In this document: positions 35,628 through 45,091 of the stretch, piece after piece
Numbering within the stretch: the stretch's first letter is position 1
Layout of the letters: every line of letters starts with the position of its first letter
DNA from: Bacilli bacterium
GTDB taxonomy: Bacteria; Bacillota_I; Bacilli_A; RFN20; CAG-826
Assembly (NCBI GenBank): GCA_017534425.1
Contig: JAFXWB010000007.1
Span: forward strand, 17,550 to 81,549
Length of the DNA: 64,000 nucleotides
Direction: 5' to 3'
The notes under the pieces: generated by a model
What the model was told of the DNA's origin: nothing
The model's database searches: none
The model's input: the letters and a program-made list of their open reading frames with translations, nothing else
Made by a program: the position numbers and the translations under genes

Positions 35628-38255
35628 TCAGAAATCCTCATCATCGTCGAAGATTGAAATTTGAGTGTATCCTTTTTCTGGAATATCTTCTTCCTTCGTT
35701 GAAGGAACTTCATTTACTTTTTCAACTTCTTGGGCTGACTCTTGTTGAACAACTGGAACTTCGATCATATGAGAAACGGTTTTGGCAAGAATTCTATCTT
35801 TTCCTTCAATAAATGGAATATCAAGTCTATTTTTCTTACCTAAATCAATTGAATCATGGCAATAATAGTCCATTGGAGTCAAATGATAATCAGTAATTGT
35901 GATTTCTTTAACTTCCTTCATATTGGTAAGTAATCTAACTAAGTTAGATTCTTCGCTTGTATCTAACTTGAAGGCATAAACCAATTTATGTTCATCAGAT
36001 TTGAATGATTTAAACACCTGTGAAGTCTTGCCTAATCTAGTCACTAAATTGGTCTTATCTGGGTCATAAATTCTGACAGCTCCTTTGTCGGTAATTAAAG
36101 CCACTTTTCCAGAATAATTACCCGTTGGGTAAGCTAGTAAGTTTACAACCTCGGCATGACCTAATTTTGAGATGCCTTTTACACCGCCACTTCTCATACC
36201 TGCATTTGGTAGTTCATTTTCGTTATAGAAGGTGGCATTTCCGTCACTTGTAAATAGCATCAAATCACTATTTCCGTCAGTAAATGCAACATCAACGACT
36301 TCATCATCTTGAAGAAGCTTCATACAGATGAGTGCCTTTGAATAACGAATTACTGAGAAGTTATCTAAAGATAAACGCTTAATTTGTCCATGTTTTGTAA
36401 CAAGTACGAAGAATAAGTCGTTTCTAAATTTTTCTATCGCATACACACGCACTATTTTTTCATTAGGATTTAAATTAATTTTAAAATTGATGTGTTTTCC
36501 TTCATCTTTCCATTTTCCATTTGGAAGTTCATAAACTGGAATATAAAGGAAGTTACCTAAGTTAGTAAAACTGACTAAATAGTCGGTTGACATACAATTT
36601 CCAGCAAAAATACATACGTCTCCATCTTTTAAACCTGGAAGTGGTTTTTCTCCACTACTTGCATATGATTTAATAGTTGATTGTTTGAAGTAACCATCAC
36701 GAGAAACTGCAACCACAACTTCCTCTTTTGCGATGAGGTCACGGACGTCAATTTGCTTGCTTTCTTCCTTCTCGATAATTTGTGTTTTTCTGTCGTGTCC
36801 GTACTTGTCAGAAATAGCCTTCAAATCTTTAATCAAAAGACGGTTTAATTTGGCTCTATCCGAGAGAATTCCATTAAGAAAATCGATGTTCTCTTCAAGG
36901 CCTTTTTTCTCGTTCTCCAAAGTCGTAATATCGGTGTTAGACAACTTATAAAGTTGTAACATAACAATTGCTTCACTTTGTTCCTCTGAAAATCCAAACT
37001 TATTTTGAAGGTTTTTCTTGGCATCTTGTTTGTCTTTTGAAGCGCGGATTACGGCCACAACTTCGTCTACAATTGAGATGGCTTTTATAAGGCCATTTAC
37101 GATGCTCAAACGACTCTTAGATTTGGCTAAATCGAAGGTTGATCTACGGGTAATTACATCAACTTGATGGTTGATATATGAGTCAACAAAATCGAGCAAA
37201 TTCATGGTCTTTGGAGAGCCGTTTACAATGGCTACCATGTTGGCAGAATAGCTCATTTTTAGGCCAGATTTTGTCATCAAATATTTGTAAATTACGTCAA
37301 TTTTTGCTTCTTTTTTGATTTCAATTACAATTCTAATTCCATTTCTATCTGACTCATCACGAACTTCAGCGATACCTGGTAAAACATTGTTATGTTTTAG
37401 CATGTCGATTTCATGAACAAGAGCAATTTTTTGAGCTTTATAAGGAATTTCGGTAACAATGATAGATTTTTCCTTGTTATTGTCGATAATCTCCGCTTTT
37501 GCAGCGATTTCGATACGTCCTCTACCCTCTAAATACATGTCTTGGAGGCCTTTTGAAGTGTAAATAATTCCCCCACTTGGGAAGTCTGGACCTTTGATAA
37601 ATTCCATCAAATCTAAAGGCTCAACTCGAGCATGATTTATGCGGTAAATTATTGCATCAATAACCTCTCTGAGGTTATGTGTAGGAATATCTGTTGCCAT
37701 ACCGACCGCAATTCCCTCGGTTCCATTAACTAGTAAATTTGGGAAGCGAGAAGGTAAGACAACAGGCTCAAATTGAGAGTCATCAAAGGTAAGCGCCATA
37801 TCAACTGTATTTTTGTCGATATCTCGCACCATTTCTTCGGCAATTTGGCTTAATCTTGACTCTGTATAACGGTATGCAGCAGGTACGTCACCATCAATTG
37901 AACCATTATTTCCCTGGAAATCGATAAGTGGATTATTTAATTTCCAATCTTGAGACATTCTTACTAATGCCTCATAGATTGAGGAGTCACCATGTGGGTG
38001 GTATTCACCCATGACAGCACCAACTGTATGGGCACATTTTCTTGTTGGACGAGTGAAAATATTGCCATCTTTGTACATAGCAAAAATGATACGACGTTGA
38101 ACTGGTTTTAGTCCGTCTCTTGCATCTGGAATTGCACGATCTTGGATGACATATTTTGCGTAAGTTGCAAAACGGGTACCCATGATTTCTTCAAGGGTTT
38201 CGGAGTGAATATTTTCAACGATTTCTACTTCTGGAGTAATAGCTTTTCTGGCCAT
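35628..38255 (-). CDS. parC: DNA topoisomerase IV subunit A, with acidic C-terminal tail
   Basis: DGLKPVQRRI, HPHGDSSIY.ALVRMSQDWK and AAYRYTESRL are ParC-like rather than GyrA-like. It is also in a plsY-parE-parC arrangement. Confidence 0.8.
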   Translation of the reverse strand: MARKAITPEVEIVENIHSETLEEIMGTRFATYAKYVIQDRAIPDARDGLKPVQRRIIFAMYKDGNIFTRPTRKCAHTVGAVMGEYHPHGDSSIYEALVRMSQDWKLNNPLIDFQGNNGSIDGDVPAAYRYTESRLSQIAEEMVRDIDKNTVDMALTFDDSQFEPVVLPSRFPNLLVNGTEGIAVGMATDIPTHNLREVIDAIIYRINHARVEPLDLMEFIKGPDFPSGGIIYTSKGLQDMYLEGRGRIEIAAKAEIIDNNKEKSIIVTEIPYKAQKIALVHEIDMLKHNNVLPGIAEVRDESDRNGIRIVIEIKKEAKIDVIYKYLMTKSGLKMSYSANMVAIVNGSPKTMNLLDFVDSYINHQVDVITRRSTFDLAKSKSRLSIVNGLIKAISIVDEVVAVIRASKDKQDAKKNLQNKFGFSEEQSEAIVMLQLYKLSNTDITTLENEKKGLEENIDFLNGILSDRAKLNRLLIKDLKAISDKYGHDRKTQIIEKEESKQIDVRDLIAKEEVVVAVSRDGYFKQSTIKSYASSGEKPLPGLKDGDVCIFAGNCMSTDYLVSFTNLGNFLYIPVYELPNGKWKDEGKHINFKINLNPNEKIVRVYAIEKFRNDLFFVLVTKHGQIKRLSLDNFSVIRYSKALICMKLLQDDEVVDVAFTDGNSDLMLFTSDGNATFYNENELPNAGMRSGGVKGISKLGHAEVVNLLAYPTGNYSGKVALITDKGAVRIYDPDKTNLVTRLGKTSQVFKSFKSDEHKLVYAFKLDTSEESNLVRLLTNMKEVKEITITDYHLTPMDYYCHDSIDLGKKNRLDIPFIEGKDRILAKTVSHMIEVPVVQQESAQEVEKVNEVPSTKEEDIPEKGYTQISIFDDDEDF

Positions 38256-38256
38256 T

Positions 38257-40200
38257 TTACTTCACCTCCTCAATAAAGGAGTCAACTTCGTTGAAGTTAA
38301 TATTTTCTTCGATCCATTGACGTCTAGTTTGTGGGTCATTACCCATAAGGGTAATAAGTCTTTGTTCTGCGAGCAAAGAATCCTCAATTGTAACCTTCAA
38401 AAGTTGTCTAGTTTTTGGGTCCATTGTTGATTCTCTGAGTTGATCATCATTCATTTCACCAAGGCCTTTGTAACGGTTAACTTTGCAACCTGCACCGATA
38501 CGTTTTTTAGCCTCATCTAAACCTTCATCATCCCACGCATATTCGTAAACTTGTTTGTGATTAACTTCCTTGTAAATTCTGTATAAAGGAGGCATTGCAA
38601 CAAACAATTTTCCTTTCAAAATGAGTGGTTTCATGAAGTTATAAAAGAAAGTGATAAGTAATGTTTGAATATGAGCACCATCAGTATCAGCATCAGTCAT
38701 AATAATAACTTTCCCATAATGGGAATTATCGGCATTAAATGTCTCTTTTACGCCTGCTCCGATGGTATTAATTAATGTTGCACATTCTTCATTTTTAAGA
38801 ACTTTGTCGATAGGAAGGCCAAAAGTGTTTAGTGGTTTACCACGAAGTGGTAATATGGCTTGATGTATTCTATCACGGCTCTTTTTCGCTGTTCCACCCG
38901 CAGAATCACCCTCAACTATGAAAAGTTCGTTCTTATCATAGTCTTTCGAGGCTGCAGGTGTTAACTTATCAGACAAGACTATGTCTTGTTTGATAGTTTT
39001 TCTAGAACGCATCTCATCACGGACTTTTCTAGCTGCAATTCTGGTGTTTTGAGCGTCTAAACACTTCTTAATTACTGTGACTGCAAATTCCTTGTGTTCA
39101 GCAAGATAATAACTTAGGTTATTATAAATAAAGTTAGTAATTATTGGTAAAGCTTCAGGTGTACCTAATTTTTGCTTGGTTTGACCCTCATATTCGAGCT
39201 TTTCTTCAGGTATTTTTAGGGAAATAATTGCGGTTAAACCTTCACGAATATCCCCACCTTCTAACTTATTTTTACCCTTAATTAGGCCATTTTCTTCAGC
39301 ATAATCGTTAATTGCTTTGGTTAATCCTGCTCTAAAACCTTGCTCATGAGTACCACCATCTCTAGTACGTACATTATTTGCATATGAGTAAATATTCTCA
39401 CCATAATCTTGAGCAGCCCATTGCATTGCTATATCTATAGATATAGAATCTTCTTTTCCTTCAAAAGAAATAATGTCTCCAATAATGTTTTTGTCATGTT
39501 CAAGAGAGCTTATATATTCCTTTATACCGTCTTTATAACAAAACTCGACTTTTTCTCCACTTCTTTCATCAGTTAGTAAGAATTTTACGCCTTTTAAAAG
39601 GAAGGCACTTTCCTGAATATGTGAGGAAATAATGTCAAATTTAAAATCGGTTGTTGAGAAGATTCTAGAGTCTGGTTTGAAGCGGACAAGTGTACCTCTC
39701 TTCTTGGTGTTACCAAGAACTTCAAGAGGAGTAACGAGTTTTCCGCCATTTTCAAATCTAATGTGATAAATCGATCCAGACTTAAAAACAGTAACATCAC
39801 AGTATTCGGATAAGGCATTTGTGACTGCGGAACCAACACCATGAAGACCAGCAGATGATTGATAAGCTTTATTAGAAAACTTGCCGCCAGAATGTAGTGT
39901 TGTAAAGATTAATTGGACAGCAGGCATATGAGTCTGTTGATGAATATCAACAGGAATTCCTCTTCCTTCGTCTTCAACACTTAAAGAACCATCTTTGTGA
40001 ATAGTAATTCTGATGGTTTCTCCATAGCCATTTAAAGCCTCATCAACAGCATTATCAATGATTTCCCACACCAAATGATGGACACCATTTAAGTTGGTAG
40101 ATCCGATATACATTGCAGGTCTTTTTCTGACGCCAGCAAGGCCTTCTAAAAGCTCAATATCTGCCGATGTATATGATGATTTTGCTGTAATTTCTGACAT
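38257..40200 (-). CDS. parE: DNA topoisomerase IV subunit B
   Basis: GHKL ATPase N-terminus (LEGL..VRKRP.MYIG), Toprim EGDSAGG and PLRGK. Adjacent to parC and divergent from plsY. Confidence 0.8.
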   Translation of the reverse strand: MSEITAKSSYTSADIELLEGLAGVRKRPAMYIGSTNLNGVHHLVWEIIDNAVDEALNGYGETIRITIHKDGSLSVEDEGRGIPVDIHQQTHMPAVQLIFTTLHSGGKFSNKAYQSSAGLHGVGSAVTNALSEYCDVTVFKSGSIYHIRFENGGKLVTPLEVLGNTKKRGTLVRFKPDSRIFSTTDFKFDIISSHIQESAFLLKGVKFLLTDERSGEKVEFCYKDGIKEYISSLEHDKNIIGDIISFEGKEDSISIDIAMQWAAQDYGENIYSYANNVRTRDGGTHEQGFRAGLTKAINDYAEENGLIKGKNKLEGGDIREGLTAIISLKIPEEKLEYEGQTKQKLGTPEALPIITNFIYNNLSYYLAEHKEFAVTVIKKCLDAQNTRIAARKVRDEMRSRKTIKQDIVLSDKLTPAASKDYDKNELFIVEGDSAGGTAKKSRDRIHQAILPLRGKPLNTFGLPIDKVLKNEECATLINTIGAGVKETFNADNSHYGKVIIMTDADTDGAHIQTLLITFFYNFMKPLILKGKLFVAMPPLYRIYKEVNHKQVYEYAWDDEGLDEAKKRIGAGCKVNRYKGLGEMNDDQLRESTMDPKTRQLLKVTIEDSLLAEQRLITLMGNDPQTRRQWIEENINFNEVDSFIEEVK

Positions 40201-40307
40201 GTTTTTCGCTTACCTATCTAAGTTCCAAGACTTGATTATAACAAAATATTTGTTGTAATCTAAAGCACTTTTTGTGTATGCTTTAGGTGGTTTAGGAGAG
40301 AAATTTC

Positions 40308-41054
40308 ATGGATATTATCTTGTATAATATAATCGTCTGTTTAGCCTCATTAATTTTTGGCTATTTTTTTGGTTCAATTCCTGTTGGAGTCATACTTTGT
40401 AGACTCTTTCGAGGCGAAGATCCACGTGAAAATGGTTCGAAAAACTCGGGTGGAACCAATGTTGGACGACTTTATGGGATGAAATTGGGTGCTGCAACCA
40501 TCATTTTGGATGCTTTCAAGACCATTTTGCCTATGATTTTGGTATGGGTATTAATCAATTTCTGCGGAATTAAGGAACTTTTCTATAAACAACCAGGCGG
40601 CTACCTTGTCCATGATGGCGGGATTGCAATTATGCTCGCCCCACTCGGCGCAACACTCGGGCACTGCTGGCCAATCTTCTCTGATTTTAGAGGCGGAAAG
40701 GCTGTCGCGAGTTATGCCGGATTCGCTCTTTTCACTTGTTGGGCCTCCCTTATTTTGGGGTTCCTTACATTCGGAATTACACTCAAAAAAACTAAGTATG
40801 TTTCCCTCTCTTCAATGGTTGGATCAGCCGTTTTAGCAGTCCTTTCTTGGGTCATTTTTCTTGTCCAAAAATACGCCCTAATTTCGATGTCATTTTGTTT
40901 CGTTGGATTTGGTCTAATTGAGCTCTGGGCAAATGCAAGTTTAGAGTACGCAATCATCTCAACTTTAATGAGTGGTATTTTAATTTTCAGACATCGCTCA
41001 AACATTAGAAAATTAGCCGCCGGTAACGAGAACAAAATTAAGTGGATGAAATGA
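40308..41054 (+). CDS. plsY: Glycerol-3-phosphate acyltransferase PlsY
   Basis: GS.N.G.TN..R motif, H..P.F..F.GGK motif, multi-TM. Confidence 0.85.
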   Translation: MDIILYNIIVCLASLIFGYFFGSIPVGVILCRLFRGEDPRENGSKNSGGTNVGRLYGMKLGAATIILDAFKTILPMILVWVLINFCGIKELFYKQPGGYLVHDGGIAIMLAPLGATLGHCWPIFSDFRGGKAVASYAGFALFTCWASLILGFLTFGITLKKTKYVSLSSMVGSAVLAVLSWVIFLVQKYALISMSFCFVGFGLIELWANASLEYAIISTLMSGILIFRHRSNIRKLAAGNENKIKWMK

Positions 41055-41060
41055 AAAAAT

Positions 41061-41100
41061 CTGTAAAATTTAGTAGAAAATTAGTAGTTTTATTTACTGT
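41061..41100 (+). repeat. TAGTAG element copy 3 (core 41071-41093)
   Basis: ctgtaaaattTAGTAGAAAATTAGTAGTTTTAT begins a few nt after the plsY stop. Confidence 0.7.
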
Positions 41101-41116
41101 GAATTAACTCAAACCT

Positions 41117-41161
41117 CCATTGTGGAAACTCCAAATTGTTTCGATGAAATGGGGGTTTTTA
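41117..41161 (+). terminator. Possible plsY terminator
   Basis: Two-tier hairpin (ccatt..gaaac-tccaaatt-gtttc..aatgg) followed by GGGTTTTT. The stem is imperfect. Confidence 0.3.
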
Positions 41162-41188
41162 ATTGACATTTTTATAATTGACGTTTTC

Positions 41189-41205
41189 CGCTCCACCATT
41201 GCTAT
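41189..41205. repeat. 17-nt direct repeat cgctccaccattgctat, copy 1
   Basis: Identical to 41423-41439. Confidence 0.8.
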
Positions 41206-41270
41206 CTTTCAAAAATATGTGTGTAGTAAAACAGGCTCATTAAGAGGACGAATTTTCTTTGCTGGGTCAT
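41202..41270 (-). CDS. Candidate 22-codon mini-ORF (MTQQRKFVLLMSLFYYTHIFER)
   Basis: The ATG at 41270 is preceded by GAGGAGG/GAGGTGA SD-like sequences (plus-strand cctcctc at 41291-41297). The stop TAG lies inside the 17-nt repeat. No homology was assessed. Confidence 0.2.
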   Translation of the reverse strand: MTQQRKFVLLMSLFYYTHIFER

Positions 41271-41400
41271 TTGTCTAGCTCACCTCATTTCCTCCTCTTT
41301 AATGCGATTTTCGACCTTCTGATCTTGACACATTTTTTTAAATTTTTTTAAGAAACTTTTGATGAAAAATTAAGTCCAATTTTGATCAATTTTTGGCATG

Positions 41401-41430
41401 AAAAAAGCGCCCCATTTTGGAGCGCTCCAC
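41401..41430 (-). terminator. Intrinsic terminator of yneF-efp transcript
   Basis: On the minus strand, agcgctcc-aaaat-ggggcgct followed by TTTTTT. Confidence 0.75.
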
Positions 41431-41439
41431 CATTGCTAT
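41423..41439. repeat. 17-nt direct repeat cgctccaccattgctat, copy 2
   Basis: Identical to 41189-41205. Overlaps the yneF terminator stem. Confidence 0.8.
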
Positions 41440-41445
41440 TTTGTC

Positions 41446-41685
41446 TTATTGGTTGCGTTTCATTGAGTTCATTACTGCGCGGATTTGAGCCTCACTTGGC
41501 TTGCGTCCCATTTGCATGAACATAGCACGAATCATGTTCTCATTGATAGGTGGATTTTTCTTGAGCTCGCGTTTGAAGAACCAACGCGAGAGGAAGAATC
41601 CAATGATGAGTCCTACGATAAGACAACCGATGATAATTCCGATTAATGCACCGGTTCCGATTCCGTCTAATACTACTAATTTCAT
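41446..41685 (-). CDS. yneF: UPF0154 small membrane protein YneF
   Basis: One N-terminal TM helix followed by PPI.E.MIR.M..QMG.KPSE..I...M. Confidence 0.8.
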   Translation of the reverse strand: MKLVVLDGIGTGALIGIIIGCLIVGLIIGFFLSRWFFKRELKKNPPINENMIRAMFMQMGRKPSEAQIRAVMNSMKRNQ

Positions 41686-41695
41686 TTAATTTCTC

Positions 41696-42250
41696 CTATG
41701 CACGGCCTGCGTATTCGCCTGTGTCTGTGCGGATAAGGACTTTTTCACCAGCGTTTATAAACATTGGCACCTTAAGTTCCCATCCGGTTTCTAATGTAGC
41801 TAACTTTAAAGCCTTATTAATGGTATCACCCCTAACGCTTAATTCACAATCAGCAATTGTGAGTTCAACGGTAGGTGGTAAAGAAATACCAAGTATCTCG
41901 TTTTCATAGAAAACGATGTCAATTTCAGAGTTTGCTACTAGGAAGTTTAGTTCCCATTCTAATTTAGATTTAGCAATCTCAATTTGATCAAATGTGTCGT
42001 TGTCCATAAAGACAAGCATGTCACCAGCATCATATAAATAAGCCATTTTCTTCTTGCTAATGGATGTTTTCTCGACATCATAGCCAGAATTACGCGCAAG
42101 CTCGATAATCGCGCCTGTACGAAGGTTTTTACATTTGACTTTGGCAACCATCTTTCTCATGGCGGTTTTGTTTAAAAGGATGTCTATTACTTGATAAAGA
42201 TTACCTTCATCTAAGAAATAGTTACCAGGTCTTAATTCTGTAACGTTCAT
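41696..42250 (-). CDS. efp: Translation elongation factor P
   Basis: 184 aa. Carries the LRPG and KTAMRKMVAKVKCKNLRTG loop and three OB-like domains. Confidence 0.92.
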   Translation of the reverse strand: MNVTELRPGNYFLDEGNLYQVIDILLNKTAMRKMVAKVKCKNLRTGAIIELARNSGYDVEKTSISKKKMAYLYDAGDMLVFMDNDTFDQIEIAKSKLEWELNFLVANSEIDIVFYENEILGISLPPTVELTIADCELSVRGDTINKALKLATLETGWELKVPMFINAGEKVLIRTDTGEYAGRA

Positions 42251-42287
42251 CTTTTCCCTCCAAAATCGATAAAATTATATCTAAATA

Positions 42288-42935
42288 TTAGATATTTTTC
42301 AAATAAGCGTTATATTTCTTCTCTCTATCGAGGTTAGTGCAAGCACCATGACCAGGGTAAATTTTAATACCATCTGGAAGTTCTTTTAATTTTGCAAGCG
42401 AAGACTCTATAGTTCTTGTAGAGCCAGTTGGAAGATCTGTACGACCAATTGTTGTAAAGAAGAGCGTATCACCTGTAAATAATGCTTTTTCTGACTCAAG
42501 ATAGTAACAAACCGATCCTTTTGTATGGAAAGGTGTTGCGATGACTTTATTTTCAAAACCAGCTTCTTTAATGATTTCTCCATCATTCACCTTAAAAAGG
42601 TGAGTTGGAATATAGGTTAATTCATGATAACCATCTTCTAATACTTCTGGTTCTGCTGATAAATTGTAATCAGTGTTTGATAAGAAATCAGCCTCATCAA
42701 CCGAAATATAAACATTTGCGTTAGGAAATTCTTTACAAACTTCCTCTAAAGCATGAATATGGTCAAAATGACCATGAGTAATTAAAATAGCGACAATATT
42801 AATGCCTAGCTTTTTAATATGATCAGTTATTACTCCTTCGTTGTTGCAACCTGGATCCACGAGAAAACCTTCTTTATTTTCGTTATATCCAATAAAGCTG
42901 TTTGCTCCGACTCTAGAGTAATAAATATCTATCAT
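42288..42935 (-). CDS. MBL-fold metallo-hydrolase
   Basis: THGHFDH motif, 215 aa. Confidence 0.8.
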   Translation of the reverse strand: MIDIYYSRVGANSFIGYNENKEGFLVDPGCNNEGVITDHIKKLGINIVAILITHGHFDHIHALEEVCKEFPNANVYISVDEADFLSNTDYNLSAEPEVLEDGYHELTYIPTHLFKVNDGEIIKEAGFENKVIATPFHTKGSVCYYLESEKALFTGDTLFFTTIGRTDLPTGSTRTIESSLAKLKELPDGIKIYPGHGACTNLDREKKYNAYLKNI

Positions 42936-42959
42936 AAATAAAAAAATAAGGATTTATCC

Positions 42960-43112
42960 TTACTTTTTCTCCTTGTGGACAGTGTGTTTTTTACATCTTG
43001 GACAATATTTTTTAATTTCCATTCTCTCAGGATGTTCTTTTTTATTTTTGTTTGCGATGTAGTTTTCTTCACCACATTCTGTGCACTTAAGTGTAAAATG
43101 ATCTCTTGGCAT
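42960..43112 (-). CDS. rpmG: 50S ribosomal protein L33
   Basis: [18 protein letters not shown]...CPRCKKHT zinc-ribbon. The start was moved to the ATG at 43112, which follows a GGAG SD. Confidence 0.9.
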   Translation of the reverse strand: MPRDHFTLKCTECGEENYIANKNKKEHPERMEIKKYCPRCKKHTVHKEKK

Positions 43113-43166
43113 AGGTGTTCTCCTTTGCTTTTGCGACAAAAATAATACCACATTAGTTAAAATATA

Positions 43167-43195
43167 TCTACAACATATTTTATGTTTGTTATAAT
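43167..43195 (+). promoter_or_regulatory. Candidate extended -10 promoter placing the TSS at or next to the ispG ATG
   Basis: TCTACA, a 17-nt spacer, then TGtTATAAT (TATAAT at 43190-43195). The ATG at 43202 is 7 nt downstream. No SD. Confidence 0.4.
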
Positions 43196-43201
43196 CTTGG
43201 T

Positions 43202-44260
43202 ATGAAAATGCACCATAGAAGCGAGACTAGAAAGATAAAAATTGGTCGTTATTACCTTGGCGGTTCTGAACGCGTTTTTATCCAATCAATGTGCAATATC
43301 AAGACTTCAAAAGTTGATGAAGTTGTTAAACAAATTAATGAATGCGCCATATTAGGCGCAGATTTGATGCGTGTTTCAGTTTTGGATATGGAAGATGCCA
43401 AAGCGATTAAAGACATCGTCTCACAAATTAACATTCCACTAATCGCTGATATTCATTTCGACTATAAGCTCGCAATTGAATCAATTAATTCAGGTGCGGC
43501 TGCTGTTAGACTAAATCCTGGAAATATTGGATCAGAAGAAAACGTCCGTCAAGTAGTTGAACTTTGCAAAGAAAAACAAATTCCAATCCGAATCGGAGTC
43601 AACTCAGGTTCAATTGATAAAAACATAAATAACAGCACAGACAAAGTTAAGGCTAAGGAATTAGTCGCAAGTGCTGAAAAAATGGTTAAAACACTTGAAA
43701 AATATGGTTTTTATGACATAGTCATATCTCTAAAAGGTTCACATGTTAAAGAAACCATTGAAGCTTATCGTTTAGCGGCTGAAAAATTTGACTATCCACT
43801 TCATTTAGGAATCACCGAAGCCGGTCCAAAAGACATCGGATTAATTAGATCAACGGCTGGAATTGCACCACTTTTACTTGATGGAATCGGAAACACAATT
43901 CGCATCTCATTATCAGATGAACCACAAGAAGAAGTTAGAGCGTGTCGTAGATTACTTAAAGATTTAGACATTCGAAACGATTATCCAAATCTTATTTCGT
44001 GTCCAACATGCGGACGCACTCAAGTTAATTTAGTTCCTCTTGCAAAGCAAGTACTTAAATACCTTGAAGAAAATCATATTAACAAAACCGTCGCTGTTAT
44101 GGGTTGCATCGTAAATGGACCAGGAGAAGCAAAACGTGCCGATATTGGTTGTGCTGGCGGAAAAGGTCAATGGGTAATATTTAAAAAAGAAACAATTATT
44201 AAAACTGTTTCAGATGAAAATATTTTTGGAGAATTAATTAAAGAAATTAATAAATATTGA
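43202..44260 (+). CDS. ispG: 4-hydroxy-3-methylbut-2-enyl diphosphate synthase
   Basis: TIM-barrel N-domain and a C-terminal CP.CGR....GC.VNGPGE Fe-S motif. Confidence 0.92.
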   Translation: MKMHHRSETRKIKIGRYYLGGSERVFIQSMCNIKTSKVDEVVKQINECAILGADLMRVSVLDMEDAKAIKDIVSQINIPLIADIHFDYKLAIESINSGAAAVRLNPGNIGSEENVRQVVELCKEKQIPIRIGVNSGSIDKNINNSTDKVKAKELVASAEKMVKTLEKYGFYDIVISLKGSHVKETIEAYRLAAEKFDYPLHLGITEAGPKDIGLIRSTAGIAPLLLDGIGNTIRISLSDEPQEEVRACRRLLKDLDIRNDYPNLISCPTCGRTQVNLVPLAKQVLKYLEENHINKTVAVMGCIVNGPGEAKRADIGCAGGKGQWVIFKKETIIKTVSDENIFGELIKEINKY

Positions 44261-44279
44261 TTTATTATTGGTTGGTTTT

Positions 44280-45050
44280 ATGAAAGAATTTTTTGGTTTT
44301 GGCGGTTATGAAAGAACCCCTGAAGGTTATATGTCATGGCAGCATTTATTATTTGTTTCATCATTAATGATAATAATGATCGGTTTAGCCATTTTCCTTG
44401 GTTTAAGAAACCGTAAAAAAGACGAAAAAAGCAAAAATAAAATTTTGATATGGTCCGCCATATTGATTGACTCATTCGAAATTTTTAAATTTATTATTGT
44501 TTGTTCTAGAGAAGCTAGTTTAGAGCCAGTGCTTAGGATGCTGCCTCTATTTTTGTGTTCAATTCAGCTTATAACTATACCTTTAGCAGCATTTGCCAGA
44601 GGCAGAATTAAAGAAGCTGCTTTAGATTTTGTGTTTATTTTTGGCATTTTAGGTGCCTTTGCTGGAACTTATGGAGCTGGTCAAAACTATTCCGCATATC
44701 CAGTTTTATCTTTTGATAATGTGGTGTCTGGAATTACTCATTCTATTTCCGGTTTTGCGTCGCTATACATAATCATTTCTGGTATGGCTAGCATGAAAAC
44801 AAAAAATATATGGATTTCCTTCTCAATTTTAATTGGATTCTGTGTTTTAGCTTATATTGCTGATGTCACTATTCCATATAATTATATGTTCTTAATGGCA
44901 GGCGACGGTACTCCATATGATATTTTCTATAATTTAGTTAAAGGCAATAAAGTTCTTTATCCAATGATTGTTGTAATTTTATTCTTAATGTATATTTCGG
45001 TTTTCTATCTTGTATATTTGTTAATTAAAAGAAGAAAAAATGCAAAATAA
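44280..45050 (+). CDS. Polytopic membrane protein of unknown function
   Basis: ~7 hydrophobic helices. The start is taken at the ATG at 44280. Confidence 0.5.
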   Translation: MKEFFGFGGYERTPEGYMSWQHLLFVSSLMIIMIGLAIFLGLRNRKKDEKSKNKILIWSAILIDSFEIFKFIIVCSREASLEPVLRMLPLFLCSIQLITIPLAAFARGRIKEAALDFVFIFGILGAFAGTYGAGQNYSAYPVLSFDNVVSGITHSISGFASLYIIISGMASMKTKNIWISFSILIGFCVLAYIADVTIPYNYMFLMAGDGTPYDIFYNLVKGNKVLYPMIVVILFLMYISVFYLVYLLIKRRKNAK

Positions 45051-45076
45051 ATAGGCACTGAATGCCTATTTTTTAT
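45051..45076. terminator. Bidirectional intrinsic terminator
   Basis: ataggca-ctgaa-tgcctat followed by TTTTTT. Lies between convergent genes. Confidence 0.75.
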
Positions 45077-45091
45077 TCTTTTTATTTGGGG

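Noticed and set aside
40606-41035. 76-aa (+) and 107-aa (-) ORFs overlapping plsY.
   Set aside because: These are alternative-frame and antisense shadows of a relatively GC-richer membrane gene. plsY motifs occupy the listed main frame.
41646-41909. 87-aa plus-strand ORF across yneF/efp.
   Set aside because: It is antisense to two conserved genes, so it is a shadow ORF.
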